A stretch of DNA of 64,000 nt from Candidatus Cloacimonadota bacterium (GTDB lineage Bacteria > Cloacimonadota > Cloacimonadia > JGIOTU-2). The notes under the pieces are model-generated. The model saw only the letters and a program-made list of their open reading frames with translations, was not told the origin of the DNA and ran no database searches. Positions 49,085 through 57,607 of the stretch are shown here, piece by piece. Numbering within the stretch: the stretch's first letter is position 1; each line of letters starts with the position of its first letter. Where the stretch lies: positions 256,001 to 320,000 of the forward strand of contig JBNGBT010000001.1 of NCBI GenBank assembly GCA_049903315.1, in the 5' to 3' direction. The position numbers were made by a program, and so were the translations under genes.

Positions 49085-50089
49085 TCACACGGTTTGAATA
49101 TCGTTGTAATGCTTTTGAATATAGGTTACTTTTTGATGGAATTCCTTGATATTCGTAGCACCTGCATAGGAGAAAGCAGAGCGGAGACCATCTTCGATAT
49201 TACGGATCACATACTTTGCAGGTCCCTTGTAATCAATAGTCGTACTGACACCTTCCACGTTACGTTTCTCATCATTTCGCAATTGTTTGGATTCGAGACT
49301 CGCAGAACCGCGGTAGCGTTTATACAAATGATAATTCGGAAAATTGCCTTCTTTGTGGATCGTGCCCGGTGTCTCCTTGCATCCTGCAAACAGAGCACCT
49401 ATCATCACGGAATCTGCACCAACTGCCAAGGCTTTGGCAACATCACCAGAATTACGGATTCCACCATCTGCAATAACAGGTGTGTCATATTGTATAGCCA
49501 CCTTGCATACATCCTGAAGAGCAGTTACTTGAGGAACTCCGAATCCTGTATTTATTCGTGTTGTACACATTGAGCCGGGTCCAATGCCAACTTTGATTGC
49601 ATCTGCTTCGTGTTCACAAAGGAATCTTGCAGCTTCTGCTGTCGCAATATTACCGGCAATAATATCCACATTAAATTTTTTGCACATATTGATCGTATCA
49701 GCCATAAGTTTGTGATGACCATGTGCGATATCTATACAGATTATCTGAGCTCCTGCATCGATCAATGCTTTCAAACGGTCTTTATTCTCTCCAGTCACGC
49801 CTATAGAGGCAGCCCTGATTGGATTTTCAGCAAGTCGAAGCCGCTCAATAATGCTGGCTTCTTCTTCAATCGAGCAGAATCTGTGCACAATACCGAGTGC
49901 ACCAAATCCACTCAGTATATTTGCCATATCATACTCGGTGATGGTGTCCATATTGGCAGAGAGAATGGGAAGCTTGATCCTATAATTTTTTGTCACTCTT
50001 GTAGAAAGATCAGGATCCTGTCTGGTCAGTACTTCCGAGTAATTAGGAATAAGCAGAATATCATTGTATGTTAATCCAATTCGTGTCAT
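49085..50089 (-). CDS. IMP dehydrogenase / GMP reductase family enzyme lacking CBS domains
   Basis: ATG 50089 with [50 protein letters not shown] versus GMPR cannot be settled by eye. Confidence 0.88.
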   Translation of the reverse strand: MTRIGLTYNDILLIPNYSEVLTRQDPDLSTRVTKNYRIKLPILSANMDTITEYDMANILSGFGALGIVHRFCSIEEEASIIERLRLAENPIRAASIGVTGENKDRLKALIDAGAQIICIDIAHGHHKLMADTINMCKKFNVDIIAGNIATAEAARFLCEHEADAIKVGIGPGSMCTTRINTGFGVPQVTALQDVCKVAIQYDTPVIADGGIRNSGDVAKALAVGADSVMIGALFAGCKETPGTIHKEGNFPNYHLYKRYRGSASLESKQLRNDEKRNVEGVSTTIDYKGPAKYVIRNIEDGLRSAFSYAGATNIKEFHQKVTYIQKHYNDIQTV

Positions 50090-50099
50090 TATGACTCCT

Positions 50100-50993
50100 T
50101 TATGCGCATATAATTCCCAGTGCCACAGAATGCAGTTTTGTCCATGCATCATCGGCACGAGAGGTTATGAGGATTGGTACTTTTGCTCCGATGATCACAT
50201 GAGCAACACTTAGATGGGCGTAATAGGTCATTGCTTTTCCAAATATATTTCCGGCTTCGATGTTTGGCATAATAAGAATATCAGCATTACCAGCAACCGG
50301 GGAATCTATTTCCTTTATCTTTGCTGCATGTTCGGATACTGCAACATCAAGTGCAAGAGGACCTTCAACCTTACAACCGGTAATTTTTCCCTCTTTATAC
50401 AATTTTGTTATCTCCGCTGCGTCAATTGTAGGGGGCATTTTAGGATTGACAACCTCAAGAGCGCAGAGTAAAGCAACATTTGGACAAGGATTCTCCAGTC
50501 TGTTAGCGACAAATACCGCATTATTTATCAAAGAAATTTTTTCTTGTACATCCGGATAGCGCACTATACCACCGTCTGTCATGAGTGTCAGGCGGTCTTT
50601 TGTTTCGATCACTAGCACATCGCTGAGAATATTTCCCGTATGAAGCTCCTTCCCTTTATTGATCACCCCCTTTATTAACTGCCCGGTTGTAGTGGCACCC
50701 TTCAGAATTAGATCAGCTTCATTATTCAGTACGGCATCAACTGCGAGGGATATACATTTTTCAGGATCAGTTTCATCGATGATCTCAAAAGCATTGACGA
50801 GACTTTCTTCCGACATGGAAATATAATCTATGATCTGTGCTTTATCACCAATAAGAAGAAATTCTCCAATCTGCTCTTCTTTTGCGAGCGTGGCACAGTA
50901 AACAGCAGACATCGTGTGAGCAGCAGGAATGACAACTCTTTTCTGGGGAAGTTTCTTTACTTTATCAAGTAGTTCATCAAAATTTTTTATCAT
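50100..50993 (-). CDS. ptb: Phosphate butyryltransferase / phosphate acyltransferase
   Basis: ADLILKG, TDGG, EVVNPKMP.T.DA, GPLALD.A, PNIEAGNI.GK, PILITSRAD. Confidence 0.88.
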   Translation of the reverse strand: MIKNFDELLDKVKKLPQKRVVIPAAHTMSAVYCATLAKEEQIGEFLLIGDKAQIIDYISMSEESLVNAFEIIDETDPEKCISLAVDAVLNNEADLILKGATTTGQLIKGVINKGKELHTGNILSDVLVIETKDRLTLMTDGGIVRYPDVQEKISLINNAVFVANRLENPCPNVALLCALEVVNPKMPPTIDAAEITKLYKEGKITGCKVEGPLALDVAVSEHAAKIKEIDSPVAGNADILIMPNIEAGNIFGKAMTYYAHLSVAHVIIGAKVPILITSRADDAWTKLHSVALGIICA

Positions 50994-51006
50994 GCAATCT
51001 CCGGGA

Positions 51007-52239
51007 CTATTTTAGCTGCCATGCAATAAATTTCATAGATTTTGTAAACCATTTATCAACTTCTTTTTCATCTTTTTCTGAGATGGGGAATGGGATTACA
51101 TGGTCATAGGGATAGGGAAAATCATAGGACTTAACCTTTATTGGAATTTTGTTATCATGCCCGTGCAACGAGAGTTCCACTTCAATTGAAGGGACAACTT
51201 CATCTTTTTGCAGTGCTAATGCTGAAATCCGTTTTGCGATTTTTTTCAGACGATTTTCCCTGAATGTGATCATCTTATTATAATCGAGCATACTCCTAAA
51301 ATATTTTCCAATATGGTGTTGATCGCTGAAATAATGCGCAAGCCGTTTATCTCGCTTGAGTTCGACCTCAAGATGTTCAATGAAGAAAGAGTAAATCGCT
51401 ACGTTTGCTTCGCTGTCCAGAATATATTTGGAAGCAGGTGACATCCTGTTGAGAAGCGGACCTCCGCAGAACATGCAAAGTTTTGAATCTTTAAAATAAT
51501 CTTTCTCATCCGTCAACAGCATGAGTTCTGCAAGGAATGAGCCGACGGAGTAAGAGAAAAAATCGATGTGCGCATCTTTATGGATATGGGGATGAGCACC
51601 AGCACGTATTTGATCTATAAGCTGCAAAATATCATAATATGTTTGCAAACCTGACCAGAAAAAACGTTTGGGAAGGAATTGTAAGCGTGTGCTTATCGCA
51701 GCATTCGCAAAGGAGGAGTTCGTTACTTTTGGATAAAATTTCTTCCGCTCTTTGCAAACTTTGTTCATGAATTTGGGATCAGCCCATATTTCGGGCGAGC
51801 GGTTCATATGAAATGCTGTGGGAAAGAGGATCACTGTTTTTCCTGTATATTCCACGAGTTTATGTGCCCAGGGCAGATATTTTTCCCAGCTCTTTTCGTT
51901 CAAACCGTGCAGGAGTATGATGACATCTTGAGATTTTTTCAAAGTAAAGGATTTGAAGACAGGATAGGTGAAAAAAATATTTTCTTCAATGCGCGAATCA
52001 TCGATTCTCAGAAGCTCGTCTAGATGAGGTGCAGAAATTTTGCTGTCCCATGAATAAGATTCTTCAAAACTCACATTATGAGTCTGGCAATGATAGTGCT
52101 CTTCACCCGGGAGAATGTCATAATTATAAGACTCAAATGGAGTGTTCAGGATATTCATACGGAATTTCTTGAGTGTAATAAATTCAGCTTTCGGATCGAA
52201 CTTCTCTCTTAAATAGAGATAATCATTTCGGTAACTCAT
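51007..52239 (-). CDS. DUF6051-like alpha/beta-hydrolase-fold protein
   Basis: IILLHGLNEKSWEKYLPWA, FPTAFHMNRSP, FSYSVGSFL, HVIPFP. Confidence 0.75.
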   Translation of the reverse strand: MSYRNDYLYLREKFDPKAEFITLKKFRMNILNTPFESYNYDILPGEEHYHCQTHNVSFEESYSWDSKISAPHLDELLRIDDSRIEENIFFTYPVFKSFTLKKSQDVIILLHGLNEKSWEKYLPWAHKLVEYTGKTVILFPTAFHMNRSPEIWADPKFMNKVCKERKKFYPKVTNSSFANAAISTRLQFLPKRFFWSGLQTYYDILQLIDQIRAGAHPHIHKDAHIDFFSYSVGSFLAELMLLTDEKDYFKDSKLCMFCGGPLLNRMSPASKYILDSEANVAIYSFFIEHLEVELKRDKRLAHYFSDQHHIGKYFRSMLDYNKMITFRENRLKKIAKRISALALQKDEVVPSIEVELSLHGHDNKIPIKVKSYDFPYPYDHVIPFPISEKDEKEVDKWFTKSMKFIAWQLK

Positions 52240-52398
52240 GACAAAGAAACGCTCCTGTGTCCTTTATTCTGCAGCGCATACTGCTTTTAATGTGGTTAAT
52301 TAATGGTGTAGAACTGAATACACGTCAAGAGATTTGAAACGTTATTATCTTAGTTACTACAGGGAGGGCAAACACACTTATGAAAGTGAAGCAATTAT

Positions 52399-53085
52399 CT
52401 AAAAAGCATATCCGAATTTTAATAATTCAACGCAATAAATGATTTCGCTATCATTGTCATACAGAACTTCACTCAGGAATTTATTATTTTCTCCAATGAA
52501 ATATTTGCCGATGCTCAGACTCGTACCCCAATAAAATCCGGAATATGAAAAGATCCGGTACCCGATACTGATGCCCACTCCTACTTTATTTTCAGAAGTT
52601 TTCTTTTGGTCTTTTATCCAGCCCTCTCCTTCATAACCGTACAGATTTGCATAGCGCACGAAGGCACCGATATAGAACTTATTAAGAGAATTTCCAAGAA
52701 ATTTTCTGTAATGACAATCCAGTAATATTTGCCTTAGCGATTGATCTTCTTGGATATCCTCGTGCCAGTCGATCTTTGGGAGGGAGTAAAAGAAAGGGAA
52801 GGCGATCTCTACTTTTTTCTTGGGGTAGAAAAGGGAGAAGGTTCCGCTCAAAGAGTGATTAAGATAGTCAACATCGCTTCCGAAAAAGAGTAATCTGAGA
52901 AAATTGAACTCAACTCCGTATTTCTTATTTTCGAGTGGTTGATCCTTCACATCCTTGTACATCTTTTTCTGAGTCACATAGATGGAATCGATCTTTTCAT
53001 CGGTTGTCATTTGTGAAAGATTCTCAGCATATAAAGAAGTAAAAAATAATACGCTCAACACTATAATCAGTAGTTTTTTCATCAC
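52399..53085 (-). CDS. Putative small outer-membrane beta-barrel protein
   Basis: Signal peptide, amphipathic strands, C-terminal KFGYAF. Confidence 0.65.
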   Translation of the reverse strand: MMKKLLIIVLSVLFFTSLYAENLSQMTTDEKIDSIYVTQKKMYKDVKDQPLENKKYGVEFNFLRLLFFGSDVDYLNHSLSGTFSLFYPKKKVEIAFPFFYSLPKIDWHEDIQEDQSLRQILLDCHYRKFLGNSLNKFYIGAFVRYANLYGYEGEGWIKDQKKTSENKVGVGISIGYRIFSYSGFYWGTSLSIGKYFIGENNKFLSEVLYDNDSEIIYCVELLKFGYAF

Positions 53086-53104
53086 ACACTCCTCGTATTT
53101 GTAT

Positions 53105-54370
53105 TTATTCCTTTAAGTAATCTGCATAATGCTCCTGTACGTTCTGCGCGATTTCATTCAGGCGCACATCGATAGTAATGCCGTTCTGTTGTAAGGTTTT
53201 CCACACCACATCCATTGCATCTTCCTTAGAAAGCCCGATCGATTCTGCGATACTCATAAGCACTTCTTTCTCGGTTTTTGTGAATTTTCCATCCGAGAGT
53301 GAGATGAGAGTCAGAAAATGGAGTGTGTAGTATCTGTCGAGGTCTGTAGCATGCTGCTTGATATATTTCTCAGAGGTTTCCAGCTGCTTGAGAGCTTTGT
53401 CTTTATCGTATATGATTTCTTGCTCAGGATCATCTGTAAAGACGTCAGCGAGTATTTTTACCAGGCTTTTTATCTCTTCTAGGTTGATCTCCTTATCGGC
53501 AGCGATCATGGAAATACCACCTGCAGCAACGAGCTTCATCATCATCTCTTTGACTTTTGTGCGCGGGTAGAACTTAGTTAATGAGAGCAGTTCATCAGTC
53601 TTTGCGTGAAGTTCTTCGTCGGTGAGTTTACCGGTCTTTTTGAAAAGCTTCGATTCTGAGAAGAGTTCGACTGCTTTCAGGCGGACAGGGAGGAGTGGAT
53701 GGCTCGAGGTGCTTAGCTCCGCCATATATTCTGATTTTGCAAGATCATCAAGCTGCTTCATGAGCTCCGGAAGATTGAAGTTGAGATTTTTCTCAGTCAG
53801 TCCATAGGTTATTTTAAGTAGACTTTGTACCGCAACTTCATATTTCTTACATGCTGCGAGTCCGACCCGATCACAGCTGATTTCAGCTTTTTTCTGCCAG
53901 GTGAGGAATTTCTTTTCTGCCAGTATCGGTAAAAAGGTAGTGCTTTGTTTGTCTGGATTATATAATAGAAGCAACTTATTGTGATCATAAATAATATGAC
54001 CGAGTTCATGACCCAGCACGAATTTTATCTCCGCATCATCAAAATTTTCAAGAAGAGCAGAAGTGAAAACCACACTGATAAGATTTTTCTGTTTGAAGGC
54101 AAAAGCATTATATGTGTTATCACGCAGAGCGAAGAATTCGATCTTTTGCTTGAGACCAAAATCAGTTTTAACTGATTCGATTATTTTGTAAATGCGCGGT
54201 GAGATTGTCGGGGTGAGACGAACAGAGTCAGCAAGAAGTTTATCACGAAAGGTGATATGTTCTTTGAGTATCTCCTCGTGAGATTTGATGATCTGCTGAA
54301 CTTTGTACACATCAAAAAGCTCTTTCGTGTCCTCAATATCGCCCTTATAACGGATCTTTTTAACGTTCAT
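53105..54370 (-). CDS. M48-family zinc metallopeptidase fused to TerB-like domain
   Basis: NAFA, FVLGHELGH (HExxH), AEISCDR, SHP...RL; C-terminal AADKEI..EE and SDGKFTKTEKEVL..IA..IGL. Confidence 0.82.
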   Translation of the reverse strand: MNVKKIRYKGDIEDTKELFDVYKVQQIIKSHEEILKEHITFRDKLLADSVRLTPTISPRIYKIIESVKTDFGLKQKIEFFALRDNTYNAFAFKQKNLISVVFTSALLENFDDAEIKFVLGHELGHIIYDHNKLLLLYNPDKQSTTFLPILAEKKFLTWQKKAEISCDRVGLAACKKYEVAVQSLLKITYGLTEKNLNFNLPELMKQLDDLAKSEYMAELSTSSHPLLPVRLKAVELFSESKLFKKTGKLTDEELHAKTDELLSLTKFYPRTKVKEMMMKLVAAGGISMIAADKEINLEEIKSLVKILADVFTDDPEQEIIYDKDKALKQLETSEKYIKQHATDLDRYYTLHFLTLISLSDGKFTKTEKEVLMSIAESIGLSKEDAMDVVWKTLQQNGITIDVRLNEIAQNVQEHYADYLKE

Positions 54371-54415
54371 GAACCCTCCGAAGGGTTTGAGAGTTTGATA
54401 AAATATTTATATGAA

Positions 54416-56095
54416 CTATTTAGATGATATTTCTTTCTGTTTAGCGTTAAATTTCTTGATCACATCAGAATGAACAGCTTCAGGAGTCAGGACCCAGCGA
54501 TTATCAACCTTTCCGTTTACTACTTCCCGTCTGCGGAAATAGTTTGCAAGCGCATCCCTTAATACAATATATTCATAGGTGATTTGTTTTTCAGGAATTT
54601 CTGTTAGCAAAGTAAGCCCTGAGTTTCCCTGCATGAGAAAGTCAACTGTAGCAACATTATATATCTTGTCGGGATCCCATGGCTCTCCACCAATAGAAAG
54701 GTTTGTCACGCGCTGGAAATCAGGATATTCTTTGCTATATTCCACTTCGCCGCCTGCGACGCGCAGTCCGTGACGACCTCCGGCAATTCGCACTTCCAGT
54801 ATTTCCTTAAGTTTTGCACCATTGATAGACATTGTGACAACTTCACTATCAAAGGGTAGCACATCAAAAACATCCCTGTAGGAGACTGGTCCTTCTTTAA
54901 TGTCATCACGCACACCACCGAGATTTAAGAATGCGAAGTCAGCATCTGTCTCTTCGAGCATGGCATCCATGACAAGATTTCCTATAATACTCTGCGCTGA
55001 ACCATCTCTGGAAAGATGCATGCCGGCCATACCAACAATCTCATCCATACCTGCTTCTGCAACTGCCTGCATAGAGTCGATCTTCTCTTTATACCATGGA
55101 TCAGGGATGAATTCTTCTGAAAAAAGTGCAAGTAGATCCCCATCAATATATGCAGGTAGCTCATAACCGGTAAGAGTTTTTGTGTCCGTATCAATTGTAA
55201 GAATAAGATGTCCAATATTTGAGCCATAGCCATAATTCTGCGTGATAAGCGTATGATTTTCCGGTTCTTCCCAGGGAATATTGTATCCTTTATGAATGTG
55301 TCCGGCAACGAAAACATCAATGCCCGGCACTTTATACGCGACGTGCATTGCATTATCCGGCCATCGTCGATCCTCATCATTTATATGACCTTCAACAATA
55401 TCATATTGATAAGCAGGTTCTACATCGTAGGGTATGCCCATGTGTCCGAGCACGAAGATAAGATCAGCACCTTGTTCTTTTACTTCTTTTATATACTTCT
55501 CAACTGTTTCTGCAACATCAACGAATTGTAAGCCTTTGATGTTTTCAGGGAAGCTCATGTATGGAGTATCAAGTGTGCTGACACCGATAATCGCAATATC
55601 GATACCTTTGATATTTTTAATAATGTAGGGAAGACAACCCGGAACAAGTTCGCCGGTCTCTTCAACAATGATATTGGCACATACAATTGGGAATTTGGCG
55701 AGAGAAATCGTTTTCAGAAGTGTGTCAAAGCCAAGATCAAATTCATGGTTTCCAAGCGTCATTGCTTCATAACCGATCCAGTTCATATAGTTTATTACAG
55801 CCACACCTTCCGACATCGTACCGATAGGATGCCCCTGGAAAAAGTCACCAGCATCGAGCAGAAGCACTGCTTCGCCATTTTCTTCCGCACGTTCCCGAAC
55901 GGATTCAATATATGTGGCAGCAGATGCACCGCCACCAAGCGGAGGTGGGAAATCCGGATTCATAAAAGTCGCAAGAACTGCATCTATTCCGCCGTGTACG
56001 TCATTCGAAAAAAGAAGATTCAGCTTGATTTCTTCAGCATTGAGAACGCTCAAGCAAAACAAACCGATCAATAAGATAAAAAATATTTTCTTCAT
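54416..56095 (-). CDS. Secreted 5'-nucleotidase / bifunctional metallophosphatase (UshA-like)
   Basis: Signal peptide; SNDVHG, LDAGDFFQG, LGNHEFD, GHMG, AGHIH, NLGGVR, VLPF. Confidence 0.93.
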   Translation of the reverse strand: MKKIFFILLIGLFCLSVLNAEEIKLNLLFSNDVHGGIDAVLATFMNPDFPPPLGGGASAATYIESVRERAEENGEAVLLLDAGDFFQGHPIGTMSEGVAVINYMNWIGYEAMTLGNHEFDLGFDTLLKTISLAKFPIVCANIIVEETGELVPGCLPYIIKNIKGIDIAIIGVSTLDTPYMSFPENIKGLQFVDVAETVEKYIKEVKEQGADLIFVLGHMGIPYDVEPAYQYDIVEGHINDEDRRWPDNAMHVAYKVPGIDVFVAGHIHKGYNIPWEEPENHTLITQNYGYGSNIGHLILTIDTDTKTLTGYELPAYIDGDLLALFSEEFIPDPWYKEKIDSMQAVAEAGMDEIVGMAGMHLSRDGSAQSIIGNLVMDAMLEETDADFAFLNLGGVRDDIKEGPVSYRDVFDVLPFDSEVVTMSINGAKLKEILEVRIAGGRHGLRVAGGEVEYSKEYPDFQRVTNLSIGGEPWDPDKIYNVATVDFLMQGNSGLTLLTEIPEKQITYEYIVLRDALANYFRRREVVNGKVDNRWVLTPEAVHSDVIKKFNAKQKEISSK

Positions 56096-56114
56096 AAAAA
56101 ACCTTTAAATATAC

Positions 56115-57434
56115 TTAAAATCTCCATGTCAGGGTTGCCATGAAGTTGATCATTACATCATCAATTTTATCTAGATTAATCCTGTTAACAGGCAGGTCTG
56201 CGTGAGTGGTATCCCAGAGGTTGTCATTGGCATAATAACTGTCCGGGAACAGGTCTGCATGATTGTAATTGAGTTTGCCGATTTCAGCTCCAAGGTCTAA
56301 CATCAAATTATAAGGGAGAGAGATGCTCGTTCCTGCAGAGAAAGCAGTCATTATTATTTCTTTATCAATGCCATAGGGCTGGTAACGGAATCCCAGGCGG
56401 ATCGGTTGGTCGGTAAATATTTGGTGCTCAACACCCGCATAGTACTCTATTACATCATACCAAAGCGGATTGTAATCACTCCATTTCACATAAGATATCT
56501 CAAATGAGAAGTGGGTATCCCAGATATTTCTCGGGTGATATTCGAATCCAAATCCCATTCGCGAAGGATAGTAGATTGTTGTATCTGTCCATGCAGTATC
56601 AGCATTCGTTTTAAATGACTGATCTAATTCCGCTCTGCTTGTGTAGTTCATACCTATTTTAAAACGTTCACCCAGAGCAAGAAGCATACCTGTCTGGAAC
56701 CTGTAGCCCGAATAATCATTTTTTCTTTGAAAGATGACGTCTGGAATACTGTCCGGGTCATAGAGCATGCGGTCTTTTGCCCATGGCGTGAAAATGATGG
56801 TTGAATCTATCGTGTTATCACCTTTCATTAAGGAGAAGGAAGCACCGAGAGAAAGTGAGTTGAAGAAGCTGTTTTCGTTTTCAAAAGTTACTGCTATAGA
56901 AGGTGTATGAGCATAAATCATTCCGCTTCCGTCATAGGTATTTGTCGCAATCTTGTGGGGCTCGTTACCGTAATCGGTTCCCTCGTTGTTGCGTACTTCC
57001 TCAGTATATTTGAAATTGAAATCATAGAAAGGCGCATAGGAGTATGCAGCAGATACTTTGAACTGTTGAATTGGTACATTGTACATCAAACCCAGCATGT
57101 ATTTACTGAAGAAATGAGCATTTGATGCGTACACCGCATCATCGATATAGGAATCAAAGGAATCAAAAATGGGGAATGCCCGATTTTCATTATTTTTTTG
57201 CACATTTGGTGAAAGCTGCACCATAAATTTACAAGGCAGGTTGCCCAGAAGTGCAGGATTCTTGAGTGCTGCAAGTGGTCCGTACCCGGTTGCAAGACCT
57301 GTGGAACCCATTGCAAGAGAGTGAGCTGAATATGCAACGACCTCTTGTCCGAGATAACGGTCAAACACAAATGCGGCATGGGCAGGAATTGCCAGCAAGA
57401 GCAGCATTAAGATTCCAAACATTACTTTTTTCAT
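56115..57434 (-). CDS. Outer-membrane beta-barrel (FadL/PorV-like fold)
   Basis: GGAGG SD, signal peptide, SAHSLAMG...NPALL N-terminal motif, C-terminal LTWRF. Confidence 0.72.
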   Translation of the reverse strand: MKKVMFGILMLLLLAIPAHAAFVFDRYLGQEVVAYSAHSLAMGSTGLATGYGPLAALKNPALLGNLPCKFMVQLSPNVQKNNENRAFPIFDSFDSYIDDAVYASNAHFFSKYMLGLMYNVPIQQFKVSAAYSYAPFYDFNFKYTEEVRNNEGTDYGNEPHKIATNTYDGSGMIYAHTPSIAVTFENENSFFNSLSLGASFSLMKGDNTIDSTIIFTPWAKDRMLYDPDSIPDVIFQRKNDYSGYRFQTGMLLALGERFKIGMNYTSRAELDQSFKTNADTAWTDTTIYYPSRMGFGFEYHPRNIWDTHFSFEISYVKWSDYNPLWYDVIEYYAGVEHQIFTDQPIRLGFRYQPYGIDKEIIMTAFSAGTSISLPYNLMLDLGAEIGKLNYNHADLFPDSYYANDNLWDTTHADLPVNRINLDKIDDVMINFMATLTWRF

Positions 57435-57500
57435 GTATCCTCCGAAAATTATAACTTTATATAGAAATTATTAACATATTTTTTTCATTATATTTTTTTT

Positions 57501-57575
57501 TGCCACAAAGACTCAAAGGCACCAAGAGACACCAAATTTATATTTATAACTTTGTGTTTTAGTGACTTAGTGGCA
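57501..57575. repeat. Octamer-periodic palindromic repeat inside the operon
   Basis: tgccacaaagactcaaaggcaccaag ... ctttgtgttttagtgacttagtggca; terminal IR TGCCAC/GTGGCA. Confidence 0.75.
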
Positions 57576-57607
57576 TACATTCTTTTCATTTTCATTTTAT
57601 ATATTTT

